Positions 1-14,227 of a DNA stretch of 64,000 nucleotides are shown here, one piece after another. Origin of the DNA: Eledone cirrhosa (Eukaryota); contig OZ024741.1 in assembly GCA_964016885.1 (NCBI GenBank), positions 31,062,001-31,126,000 of the forward strand, in the 5' to 3' direction. The number at the start of each line of letters is the position of its first letter. Within the stretch, counting starts at the first letter, position 1. A program made the position numbers and the translations under genes. The notes beneath the pieces are model-generated. The model saw only the letters and a list, made by a program, of their open reading frames with translations. It was not told the DNA's origin and made no database searches.

Positions 1-430
1 TACCAGCGAGATTTAAAGGAGGTAGTGGTAGACCCGATGTAATACCATTTCTGGTCGTTCGATACGACAGTGCATTGATAAACAATGTTGGACTTTAAGC
101 ATTTATTCTTCAATGGACATCTTTCAGGTAGGTGGCAGTTACAGTTTTTATTGTGGGTAGCAGATATACCATGGATAGGTTGGAATAACAGTTCAGGTGG
201 GTTGTGTAATACCTATATATAGGTGTAGTATATATATATATCCAGGGAGTGTAACGCAGAGTTATTGTAGTTTCCCACGGGTGAGCAGTCGAGGTCCATG
301 TTCACGTTAGCAACGGGGTGCAGCGCTAGACAGATTGAAATATAATATATATATATAAAGGATTGTAAATAAAACGAATAAATCAGACAAAGTTGAAATT
401 CCTCTTATTAATATATATATATATATATAT

Positions 431-623
431 ATAGGAACAAGTATGACCCCGACGGCTGAGCTCAACCCGTTTCGACGGCTAATTCTGTACAGAATTAGCC
501 GTCGAAACGGGTTAAGCTCATCCGTCGGGGTCATACTTGTTCCTATTACCCACTCTACTACCCTAACTATTGAGTACTTTGGTGCGTTATGGTCCACCTG
601 GTTCCTTACCACATTTCCTTCGT

Positions 624-624
<1 letters not shown>
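431..624 (+). mobile_element. Short fold-back element (116-bp palindrome + ~80-bp tail) in (TA)n; dispersed family
   Basis: Near-perfect palindrome 431-546 centred at 488/489 (..gtttcgacggctaattctgt|acagaattagccgtcgaaac..). Related copies at ~22333-22467, 50237-50295, 50741-50830, 57849-58010 and 61303-61470. Confidence 0.8.
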
Positions 625-2105
<1,481 letters not shown>

Positions 2106-2112
2106 TATATAC

Positions 2113-2176
<64 letters not shown>

Positions 2177-2310
2177 GTAGATAAATCTACCAAGAGTTTA
2201 CGGTAGTGTCCAATCCGTATGAAGAACTCAATGTAATCCGGATATCATGGAAAGAAGAGATGCATTCAAAAATCACTTTCGGTGAAAGATAAACGGAATA
2301 CAGAGTCAAG

Positions 2311-2731
2311 ATAAGATATTAAAAAAATAATGAATAAAACAATGAAACAGTTCCTTATATTAAACAAAAAAAGTTCATTATTTAACGATCGTTTCTAGGA
2401 CATATATGTGTTAGAATTGGCATGCATAGTTAACAGATCTATGTACAAAATTATACAAAATTATACAAACTATCAAATTTAATATACATACCAACACATA
2501 TATATGCCGTCTTCAGAAATAATTATTTCTGAAGACGGCATATATATGTGTTGGTATGTATATTAAATTTGATAGTTTGTATAATTTTGTATAATTTTGT
2601 ATATAGATCTGTTAAGTATGCATGCCAATTCTAACACATATATGTCCTAGAAACGATCGTTAAATAATGAACTTTTTTTGTTTAATATAAGGAACTGTTT
2701 CATTGTTTTATTCATTATTTTTTTAATATTT

Positions 2732-2734
<3 letters not shown>
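2311..2734. mobile_element. ~420-bp palindromic insert carrying a hammerhead in each arm
   Basis: Near-perfect inverted repeat centred at 2522/2523 (cagaaataa|ttatttctg), ending in (TA)n on the right. Confidence 0.85.
2522..2668 (+). ncRNA. Type I hammerhead with greatly extended stem II
   Basis: ATTATTT-CTGAAGA(2529-2535)-[~114 nt; catatatatgtgttgg pairs with ctaacacatatatg]-GAAA(2650)-C-GATC-G-TT-AAATAAT; 7-bp stem I, palindromic loop III. Confidence 0.7.
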
Positions 2735-2787
<53 letters not shown>

Positions 2788-2895
2788 TAAAAGGAAAATA
2801 ACATGCTGACAAATTGTTCCCAGTGAAAGATAGTTTAATTAGGAATAAGTAAAAATTAGTAATAGTATTGGTAAGTATAACGTTTTGGTTTTAAG

Positions 2896-2933
2896 TTTTT
2901 ACCGGTTGCGCATTTCTAATGCTTTTCAAAAAT
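2896..2933 (-). ncRNA. pLTR hammerhead variant (U3-A8, GCAA instead of GAAA)
   Basis: Minus strand: tttt-TTGAAAA-GCAT tagaa ATGC-GCAA-CCGG-TA-aaaa; same motif at 7767-7804 and degenerate at ~61504-61541 (+). Confidence 0.55.
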
Positions 2934-3280
2934 AATTTTGAGATAGAGCGCCCGTGATGTTTGCTATAATCTGATTAGCTTTGGAAATTCTACCTGTTTT
3001 ATGTAAAAAAAAGTGGCTCCAGATGTATGAAAAAATTCTTGTGGCCAAAACAATTTTGATTGGTCGGTAGAGGTCATGTGAATGTTAAAAATTGATTTTG
3101 CGCCAAATGTAGGTTTGTCACGGCTGATTGAGAAGTCACTGAAAAATAAGTCTCTTAAGACAAATATGTGTGTGTGTGTTTAGTAGTAGTAAAGAGGTTC
3201 GTTGTTGTGATAATGGTCAGCAGGGACGTGTGTGCGACCGCAGCCTGCTGACAGGTCAACAGTTCAGATGCCTATTAAGA

Positions 3281-3319
<39 letters not shown>

Positions 3320-3993
3320 CAGAGTAATTCGTGGTAGTGGGATCGGTTAGTAGGAATGTGTCTGTACGTGTGTGGGGGATATTTTAACATGTTAAAAGAT
3401 ATATTTCAGCTCTTGTCTTATACGGAGAAGTGTGTGTGTGTGTGTGTGTGTATATGTCTCTTTGTATGTTAATGTACGCGTGTGTATGTGTTTGTGTATA
3501 TATATGTGTGTGTGTGTGTGAATGTGTGTGTGTGTGTGTGTGGGTGGACCAGTACTTTTGTGATACTGGTAAAAATTGTGTACATTATTCGATATTTTCA
3601 GTAAAAACGATTCTCTCAATAGAACATCAAAAATCCAAATAATAAAAGGTGTGAAATGATATATAGTATTGGCATAAGACCAAGGTGTGTGTGAGTGTCC
3701 AGATTTTACGTACTGCAAGGGGAATTCATTAGGCCTTGCCGTATTGGAATACTTGCGTACAAATATGTATGTGTCCATCAGTGTGCAATGCATGTGTGCG
3801 TATATGTATGTGTGTGTGTTGACACGTTTATATCTATAGACATCAAAAGGTATGAAAATGTGTGTATATTTGTGTTGCACCATAGAACATGTGTGTTTAC
3901 GTATGTCATTGTGTTTATCTGTGGATAGAGATGTATGTAGGATGTATGCTGATGTAGGTATGCATGTTGACGTGTGTATGTTGTGGGTTCGTC

Positions 3994-6900
3994 TTAGGGA
4001 GAAGTGTTTAGACGGGGTCCGTATTTGTTAATAAAGTGAGATTCCTTGCTGATGCGCTGGGTGTGGGTGGCATTATCTTTATATTTGTAGAGGGGAAAGT
4101 TTCTGAAGTTGGGATGATTTTGGGCGGCACAGGTATCAATGTGTTCACTCAGTTGTATTTTCCTGTATTCCCTTATTTTAATTTGGGATCTATGGACAGT
4201 CATGCGTTGGCGGAGGCTGTTTTTGGTCTGGCCTATGTATTGTTCTCGACAACCTGAGCAAGTTAATAAATATATTAGATTTTCCGATGCGCATGTGAAC
4301 TTGTGTTTTACTATAAAACGCTGTCCTTCTTTGAAATAGAATTCCGAACCCTCTATTAGGTTGATGCATATGCCACAGTTGGGTCTATCGCATTTTTTTT
4401 ACTGTGGGTTTAGTTGTTGTGGTTGGCAGTACTTTGGCATGTGTTAGGAGATTTTGCATTGACTTAGATTGTCTTTTGCTCTTTATGATATCGTGTATTC
4501 GTAGGATTTGGTTCATTCTATGGTCCTTTTTTAACACAGGGATGTTCTGGAGGATGGTGTCAAAGACCTCATTGTTGAGGGGGTTGTGTGTGGAGATGTA
4601 TGGAAGAGCTTTTAGTTTCGGTTGATTTACTTTAGGGTGTCTAAGGTCCTGGGTACTGAGTTTTAGGGCACGTTGGATTCCATTGTCAATTAGTGATGCA
4701 GGGTAGTCCCTGCCTATGAGTGTGTCATTTAGTTCTTGTAGCCGTAAGTAACAGGTGTTTTTATTGGAGACTTTAGTACAGATTCTCTTGGCTAAGTTGT
4801 AGGGAATATTAATTTTAACGTGTCTAGGGTGGCAAGAGTTGAAAGGAAGATATTGCTTGGAGTCTATCGGCTTGTAGTATATGTCTGTTTCTATTTTTTT
4901 TGTTATGAATCTTAATGAGGATGTCGAGGAAGGGGAGTTGTTGATGGCTGTATTCCATTGTGAAGTTAATATTCGTGTTCAGCTCATTTATAAGGGTGCG
5001 AAATTCTTTAAGTTTCTCGATGTTTTCGTGCCAAAGGATAAAGCTGTCATCTAGATATTGCTTCCAGTTCCTTTCTATGTGTAAGTGGAGAGTGTTTCCA
5101 AATTTGTTTAATACTTTAGTGTAGAGGGTGATTTCCAGGTATCCCATGACTAGGTTGGCATAAGTGGGGGCTGTTTTCGTTCCCATAGCGGTCCCAGATT
5201 TCTGCCTGTAGGGTTTGTTATTGAAAACGAAGTAATTGTTCTCAAAGATAAAGTTGAGTCCCTCTATCACGAATTCTTTTTTGATGCGTTGTGGGAGTTC
5301 ATTGTGGTAATTATCAAGCCAGAATTGCATAGCTTCTATTCCTAGATGGTGGGGGATGTTGGAGTATAGGTTGACTACATCGAACGTCACTAGTACAGTT
5401 TGTTCAGAAAGGGGCATATTAGGGAGGTGATTGAGCATATCTAGGTCGTCCCTTATATAGCTTTTGATGTGTTTGAGAAAAGGCTTGAGAAGGGTATCAA
5501 TGAAGTTGCTAAGGCGGTGGGTTTCGCAAGCGGGGCCTGCTATTATAGGTCTTAATTTGAGATCATTGGGTGAGGGGACATTGATGACTATGTCTGTGAC
5601 TTCCTTGCATGCCTTACTTATTAATTCGCTTTTATGTACTTTAGGGATACCGTATAAAAGGCTGGATTTCATTGTAAAGTCTGTGATGAAGCTGAATTCC
5701 TTGTTAGTGAGTCCTTCTTTGTATTGGTTGATCAGAATGTTTAGGTTTCTCATAATTTTCTGTTGATTGTAGTGTTCAGCCTTTTCGTAGTATGTTTCGT
5801 TTTCCAAAGTGGAGAGCGCTAAGTTGATATAGAATTCTGTCTCCATTAGGACTACTGTAATCCCTTTATCAGCCTCTTTAATTGTAATGGTTCTGTCACT
5901 TTTTAATCTATTTAATTCTTCCCATTCTTTCTTGTTGAGGTTTGGCCTGTGTTTTTGTCTGTGCAAGTGTTGGTAAGGGAAGTTTGTGATGTATTCACAG
6001 AATTCGTCCAGGATTTTATTTCTACCTTTTGATGGGGTGTCATTGTTTCTATTTCTCTCTAATAATTCATCCTCATTGTACTGGTCGAATAGTTCTTCAC
6101 TGAGTCGTAACTTTCTACAGAAGTCTGTGATTTCTTCCTTTATTTCATAGTAGTTAGGACGTAGGGGGTCGGTGTGAATTTAAGACCTTTGGAGAGTAAG
6201 TTGATAAGGTTGGGTGTTGGTTATGCACTAGTTAGATTGATAATTTTTATTACTCTCGGTTTCTCCTCCCTGTCTTGTGTTATATTGTTTACCTGTATCT
6301 GTGTGATGTGTCTAAAAAATGGTTCGGGTAGAAGGGTTGTCTGCTGATGTTAAGTGGTCTCCTATGTTTGTTATATTCCTTGTTGTTGTAACATGTGGTT
6401 CGGGTTCGTGGTTGTAGATTAAATGGGGTGTTCCTGTATTGCGAGTATGGATGTGTGTTTCTATGTGGCATGTTGGGTCGTGGTGTTATAGGTGGCCTAC
6501 GTTGTTGGTTGTATCGTGTTGTGTGCGTTTGTTGTGTATTGTGGAAGCGAGAGTTGAGAAAATGGAAATTACATTGCTGTCCCCTTGAAGCGGGGAAGTT
6601 GTTACATCTATCATGGTGGTGGTATATTTTCCCTATGTTTGACGATGAGGTATCCGCGTAGTAGTTGAGTCATTTGGTATGGTGTCCCCTTGAAGGGGGA
6701 AAGTTGTAAATGTCATTCTGGGGGAGATGATTTCTAGGGTTTTTGTTCCTTCTTATGGTAGCGAGGTTGGGAAGTTCATCTTCGGTCTGGTGCTTCCTTC
6801 TTCTTTTGTTAGTGGCTGGGGTGTTTGCAAAGTTGTTGTGCCGTTCGGTTATGGGTTTTCCTATTTTTATGAACGGGTTATTGGAGGTGTAATCCGTTTG

Positions 6901-7587
6901 AAAAGTCGATTCATAGTGTAGGAACTAAGCGGCACTTTTTTCCCAGCGTTGAAGGGATTTCAGTTCTTCTCTGTTGCAGTCCCCTTTCCATAATTTAAAG
7001 ATCTTCTCTACCTCGGGGCCTTCAGTTTTATTGTTGATTTCCAGGAGGATCTCTTCATCAATGGTTTTGATTTTTTCCTCATTTGTCTGGGCCCTCAATT
7101 TAAGAAGTTCAATTTCTGTCTTCATTTTTTCCAATGCCATTCTTTCCCTAAGGTGTCTTTGAGGTTCGGCTTCATTTGGAATGGATTTATTTGTATTTTA
7201 CGAGGGAGAGTTAGAGGGGTTGAGTTAAGCCATTTTTCATATATCTCCGCTTTGTTGTGATTTTGTATCATCTTCCAGAATGAGAACTTTCTGTCGCTGA
7301 GAGATTTGTTCTATTTTGGAATTGTTCGAATTTTCATTTTGTATGAATGAATCTCATGTTTCTTCGTTGGTTTTTTCTGTGTTGGTAATAGTGAACATAG
7401 TTTCGATAGTATCGCAAAGGTTTTGAAGTTTATCGTCGATTTCGGAGGGTTTGTATCCGATGACGGTTTCCTCTTTTGTGGAGTCAAGTTTGTCGACCAG
7501 CACAGATAGGTTGGTGTTAATTTTATGGAGTTCCTGTAGAATCTCTTCATTTGTGTTGATAAGAGTTGTATCTGTTTTTGTTGGCAT
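3994..7587 (-). pseudogene. PLE polyprotein (RT + Cys-rich linker + GIY-YIG endonuclease), frameshifted
   Basis: 4824-5966: IKEADKG, LYGIPKVHK, LRPIIA, FDVVNLYSNI, GTAMGTKTAPTYANLVMG, YLDD, LPFLD. ~4190-4400 (minus): CDRPNCGIC...NLIYLLTCSGCREQYIGQTKNSLRQRMTVHR. Confidence 0.92.
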
Positions 7588-8144
7588 TTTCTGTATCTAG
7601 TGTGAGGATATGATATTTAAAAGAATAGAGGTGTAACACACGAGTTATGATATATTGGTAAAAGGAAAATAAAATGCTGACAAATTGTTCCCAGTGAAAA
7701 ATAGTTTAATTAGGAATAAGTAAAAATTAGTAATAGTATTGGTTAGTATTCAGTTTTGGTTTTAAGTTTTTACCGGTTGCGCATTTCTAATGCTTTTCAA
7801 AAATAATTTTGAGATAGAGCGCCCGTGAGGTTTGCTATAATCTGATTAGCTTTGGAAATTCTACCTGTTTTATGTAAAAAAAAGTGGCTCCAGATGTATG
7901 AAAAAATTCTTGTGGCCAAAACAATTTTGATTGGTCGGTAGAGGTCATGTGAATGTTAAAAATTGATTTTGCGCCAAATGTAGGTTTGTCTCGGCTGATT
8001 GAGAAGTCACTGAAAAATAAGTCTTTCAAGACAAATACGTGTGTGTAGTAGTAGTAAAGAGGTTCGTTGTTGTGATAATGGTCAGCAGGGATGTGTGTGC
8101 GATCCGCAGCCTGCTGACAGGTCAACAGTTCAGATGCCTATTAA

Positions 8145-8203
<59 letters not shown>

Positions 8204-8390
8204 CAGAGTAATTCGTGGTAGAGGGATCGGTCAGTAGGAATGTGTCCCTACGTGTGTGGGGGATATTTTAACATGTTAAAAGGTATATTTCAGCTCTTGT
8301 CTTATACGGAGAAGTGTGTGTGTGTATATATATATATGTGTGTATATATATATATGTATATATATATATATACATATATATATACATATA

Positions 8391-8433
<43 letters not shown>

Positions 8434-8639
8434 GTGTGTTTGAAATAGAGGGAGGTGGGGAGAGACAGAGATATGGTACTATATCAATCCGTAACGCCTG
8501 CTGGGGTCGTATGTGCGTTGCATTCGGCGTTTGTTTTGTTGGGCATTTAAAACCGAGTGGAGCCTATATCACACCAACTTTCTTACATTGAAGGAGAGAA
8601 AGTGAGACATGAAATAAGAGAGAGATATAAAAGAAAAAT

Positions 8640-8785
8640 ACTTGACTGGTACTTTTGTTTAGACCTCGAAAAGATGAAAGTCAAAGTTGACCACGGCGGG
8701 ATTTGATCTCAGTGAGGAAAGAGTTTGAACCAACACCGCAAATCATTCTATCTGACGTTCTAATGACTCTGTCATTTTCCCGACT
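8640..8785 (-). mobile_element. tRNA-derived SINE (abundant cephalopod-type family), diverged copy
   Basis: actggtactt..gatgaaagtcaaagttgaccacggcgggatttgatctcag matches the better-preserved copies below. Confidence 0.7.
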
Positions 8786-9144
8786 TTATACTTCCCTACA
8801 ACACCAATATAATACTCTTTATTAATAGATTTGTTAACGGAATAATTGTGTCAATAATCTAATATACTTGAAAAGTTAAGAAGATTAAAATAACTCTTAC
8901 AATTCCACACCTGACGAAAAGCATGAAATAAAATTACGCTGCACATACACTTATATATATATATATATATATATATGTGAGGGCGGGTGTATGTATGTAT
9001 ATATATATATTTATTTATATATATATGTGTTTTGTGTGTATATATATATATAACAAATATATATATTTGTTATACATATATATATATATATACAAATATA
9101 TTTGTTATACATATATATACACACACACATATATATCTATATAG

Positions 9145-9220
<76 letters not shown>

Positions 9221-9675
9221 GCAAACTAGCATGCATATAATTCTTTTTTTGCGTTTGAAGCTCGTTCGAAGAATCAATCGATGTAAAACTCGTCTCTAGT
9301 TCAAACTAAAGTGTGAACATCAAATAACGTAATTTGTAGGAAAATGAACATTTCGAGGTATTTAATCTTTAAGACTTCTTAAGAATCTCAATATATCTTG
9401 ATTGACATTTATTACACGTAGTATAGTTGTTATCATTTACCGTTATTGAATTTCATGCTTTAGAAGGGATATTTTTCTATCTTAATCTCTTTCTTTCATA
9501 CTTAAATCTTTATAATGTTCTTCTTATTGTCATTCCAATTTACTTTGCTGTTTTATTTTATACATGTGGAGGTTTGCGTGTTATAGACGAGTCGGGTGTT
9601 ACTTATTATGGGCGTAGATATCTATAGCTTTATTTCTGCATGTATATATATATTACACACACACACGCACACACG

Positions 9676-9709
<34 letters not shown>

Positions 9710-9720
9710 CATATATATAT

Positions 9721-9780
<60 letters not shown>

Positions 9781-9812
9781 CATATATATATATATTATAT
9801 ATATATATACAT

Positions 9813-9886
<74 letters not shown>

Positions 9887-10005
9887 CATACAAATATATA
9901 TACATACATATATATATATATATATACATGCACATATATATATATATATATGTATATAAAGTAAAAATCACAGACAATAACAAAGAATGCAGTATGAACA
10001 GTGTT

Positions 10006-10084
<79 letters not shown>

Positions 10085-10085
<1 letters not shown>

Positions 10086-10455
10086 GAGGTATAGATACCT
10101 ACATATATTGATATACATATAGTTCGAGCGAAGTTTACATACAAAAATAATGTAACATGAATCTACCAAGTGAATACAATAGATAGTTCTTTATGATCGC
10201 TTTAGCTGGCATTTGTTCTTTTACCAATTCAATAATATCTATTTTACCTGAATAAAGCTGTTCATTACTAGTTGCAAACTGGGTACTTTCCTGTTTAGCA
10301 TAAAGTGTAACAATACATAAGGACAGAAGATCAAATTAACAAGATGAGAATGGTTGTTTAATATATCTATATATCATTCTAATTGTTGCATTAACTCACT
10401 TCCACAACTTGCGTTCGTGTCTTGTCGGCACACACATATCACACACATACATAGA

Positions 10456-10521
<66 letters not shown>

Positions 10522-10592
10522 TAGATAGATAGATATAGATATATACAAATATATATATATATGTATATATATACGTATGTATATGTATGTCA

Positions 10593-10625
<33 letters not shown>

Positions 10626-10883
10626 CATGTATATGTATATATATATATACATATATATATATATGTATGTATATATGTATGTATCTATGTATCTATGTAT
10701 GTGTGTGATATGTGTGTGCCGACAAGACACGAACGCAAGTGGTGGAAGTGAGTTAATGCAACAATTAGAATGATATATAGATATATTAAACAACCATTTT
10801 CATCTTGTTAATTTGATCTTCTGTCCTTATGTATTGTTACATTTTATGCTAAACAGTAAAGTACCCAGTTTGCAACTAGTAAT
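10085..10883 (-). mobile_element. Inverted-repeat insert (arms ~10264-10470 / ~10670-10883) with microsatellite spacer and unique tail 10085-10263
   Basis: ~200-bp near-identical inverted arms; same architecture as 657-2002; no clear HHR seen. Confidence 0.7.
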
Positions 10884-10959
10884 ATATCTATATATATGTA
10901 TATATATATAAATATATATATATAAAAAAATATATATATACACATACATAGATACATAG

Positions 10960-11033
<74 letters not shown>

Positions 11034-11743
11034 TTATATATATATATATGTATATATCTCCGGGAGAGATGACCCCTTAGCCTTTGTCAAGGCAGAATTC
11101 TAGGAGAAGGAAAACTCTGATATAACACCTGCAACTCTGATGGTATCCAATGATGTTGACTTGTTCTTCTTTTTGGTAAATATCATCTTGGTTAAAAGAG
11201 TGGGACTGGCTTTGTGCAGTGCCTTTGCTCACTATAAAAGCTTCACGGCACAGGCATTGCTTTATATCTGGAGATCTCTCTGCACTTGTCGTCACATGGT
11301 ACCATGGGCCCAGCACTATGTGTCAATAATTGTCACAAGTGTAGTGTTTGTACCAGAGTTTTCAAGTCGCTGGCTGGACTAAAAAGTCACACTCGTTCAG
11401 CGCATTGGTAGGGGTTCTCCTACATGGATATAAAGTAGTGGCCGTACTCGAAAACGAGTTGGCAGCCACCATATATATATATAAAACATGAGAAGAAAGA
11501 AGAATACTGCGTGGTTGCACATGGGTTACATATTATAAAATTAGTCCTTCGTCGGTGATTTGCCAACCATCATTGATATTTCATATGTCTTAGATTCTTC
11601 CGCGCCATTCGGCTCATCGAGCAGTAAATACCCGCCTTTACGCCGATCATTTGTTGTTTTATTGGCTTTTCTTGGTGTTCCTTTAGCAGTTAGAATGTTT
11701 ACAGCAGTGCCTGGCTACTAACCCGACGCCTACCGCCTGTATT

Positions 11744-11822
<79 letters not shown>

Positions 11823-11826
<4 letters not shown>

Positions 11827-12814
11827 ATACAATAACAGAGATAGCTTTAAGCTAAACTCCGACTGGTAACCATCTCACTCAACAAACATTAGGTTATACG
11901 TTAGTATAAACCCAATTTAAGTGTTTGGGGTGCTAACTATATGTATTTTGTGGAAAGCCAGTTGTATTATTTTATATGAGATATAATTAAAGTTAAAATA
12001 TATCTCTCTTTCCAAACAATTATTTCATTATAAGTTTTCTACAAGTTTGGAGAATGTTTCCAGTTTATGTAGAAGCCTAACATATTTTCATGTAAGAAAA
12101 TAATGAGGTGGGTACTTATAAATCGTCAGTGGAAGCCCATTAAACTTTGATATAAGAAAAAATTCCTTACCACAGTTAATTTTCGTGTCCGCTAAGTTGT
12201 TCCTTCACGCATCGAATGACCGCCAAATTTGAAATTCCAGCAGTCTTTTGACTGAGGAAGTATCATAGCGTCACAGAGCGGAAAAGGGAGACAACCACGA
12301 TTCACGAGAAAAGTAAAATAATATACACGTGGGTTAATTAGTTTTTTCAAAAACATTATCAATCCTGCGTGTTATGAACTCAATTAATTTAAAAAAATAA
12401 ATGTGTGCGTGTATTAAATACACACGCATATAGATATTTTCTTAGGCCAAAAACAGAGAAATGATACCTAAAAACAATCACATCTCATAACTGTAATAAA
12501 TACGGAAAGTTACGCTTTAAAAGGCATTTGGGAATGTAAATCTCCGGCCAAATTAAGAGTAAAATATTTAATACACGCGAGTTAATTAGTTATTTCAAAA
12601 CCAATATTAATTTCGCGTGTTAAGAACTCAATTAATTAAAAAAAATAAATGTATGCATGTAATTATTTACACACGCAGATAGATATTTTCTTAGGCTAAA
12701 AACAGAGAAATGATTCCCCAAAAAACAAACAATATCTCATAACAGCAATAAATACGGAAAGTCATGCTTATAAGGTACCTGGAAATGAAAATCTTTGGCC
12801 AAATCAAGAGTAAA

Positions 12815-12869
<55 letters not shown>

Positions 12870-13457
12870 ACCAGTAATGCACTGGTGAATTGCTGGCCTT
12901 GTGCCTAAAGTAGAAACAATTATATCCAATTGAGTTCTTCACGCATGGTTAAAATTCTTGACATTATTAATTGACCTGCGTGCATATTATTTTATTCTTT
13001 TATGTTTTGTGACGACCTCCCCTTCCCGCTTGGTGACCGTGTGAGATTTCTCATTGAGAGACTGCTGGAATTTTGGCGGTCACTCTAACACTGACGGGTA
13101 CAATCGCTGAATATTAATATCGGTAAGGTTTCTTTTATATCGATATTGTCGGGCATCCACTCATGATTTATAAGTGCCCAACTACATATATTCCTATAGA
13201 CTATGTGTAGGCTTCTATATAATCTGGACATTATTTTCCCAATTTGTAGAAAACTTATAATGAAACGATCGTTTGGAAAGAGGGATGTATTTAATTATGT
13301 CTCATATAAGATAATACAACTAGCTATCCGCAAAATACGTATAGTTAGCACCCAAAACTTATAATTGGGATTATACTAAGGTATATCCTAATGTTTGTTG
13401 AGTGAGATGGAAACCGGTCAGAGTATTGCTTAAAGCTTTCTCTGTTAATGTATTAAA
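11823..13457. mobile_element. Older, diverged inverted-repeat element with a hammerhead in each arm and an internal ~250-bp tandem duplication
   Basis: 11823-~12300 is a diverged reverse complement of ~13010-13457; tandem units ~12320-12570 and ~12570-12815; both ends in (TA)n. Confidence 0.7.
12010..12134 (-). ncRNA. Type I hammerhead with extended stem II (second copy 13156-13277, +)
   Basis: Minus: TTCCA-CTGACGA-T-TTATAAGT..ACTTATAA-T-GAAA-T-AATT-G-TT-TGGAA. Plus copy: TCCA-CTCATGA-tTTATAAGT..ACTTATAAt-GAAA-C-GATC-G-TT-TGGA. Confidence 0.7.
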
Positions 13458-13471
13458 TATATATATATATA

Positions 13472-13579
<108 letters not shown>

Positions 13580-13637
13580 CATATATATATGTATACACAT
13601 ACATATATATATAGACATGTATATATATATATATATA

Positions 13638-13745
<108 letters not shown>

Positions 13746-13784
13746 GTCCGCATTTTTAATGACCAATTTGCAATGAAGTATTAC

Positions 13785-13849
13785 TTCTCAAAATCTGGAG
13801 GCAAGCAGTCGAAAAGTGTACAATTTCCGTCGCTGCCATTCGATACAGT
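13785..13849 (-). CDS. Possible micro-exon of an unidentified host gene
   Basis: ttttcag|ACTGTATCG...TTTGAGAA|gtaata; open in two frames ([21 protein letters not shown] or [21 protein letters not shown]). Confidence 0.2.
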
Positions 13850-13987
13850 CTGAAAATCTCCAAATCAACAAAGCCAACTAAAAAACAACGAAATCTTCTC
13901 TACTAAATCTTCACTATTACGTTTTGGCAAATCAGCACATTTTATTTTAGATGACTGTTTTGTTCACCTTAATTCCATGTGTCTGTT

Positions 13988-13988
13988 A

Positions 13989-14032
<44 letters not shown>

Positions 14033-14079
14033 CGGCACCACCTCCACCACCATCACCACCATTACCGCCATCTCATCTT

Positions 14080-14136
<57 letters not shown>

Positions 14137-14216
14137 AACAACAACCACCACCACCTCCACTACTGCCATCTCATCTTCACTAATACTACTGCTACTACTA
14201 CTACATCTACTACTAC
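13988..14216. repeat. (CTA)n / (CAC)n trinucleotide microsatellite
   Basis: Directly visible. Confidence 0.95.
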
Positions 14217-14227
14217 TTATAATAAAT

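Larger units (their letters stand above)
2783..8320 (-). mobile_element. Penelope-like element, Neptune-type, full length but degenerate, with direct pLTRs (2783-3430, 7652-8320)
   Basis: Two ~650-bp near-identical direct repeats flank a broken ORF with PLE RT and GIY-YIG; both ends lie in (TA)n/(TG)n. Confidence 0.92.

Noticed and set aside
11058-11470. More GC-balanced 410-bp island with short ORFs between (TA)n runs
   Set aside because: No motif, terminal repeat or second copy in the window to support a call.
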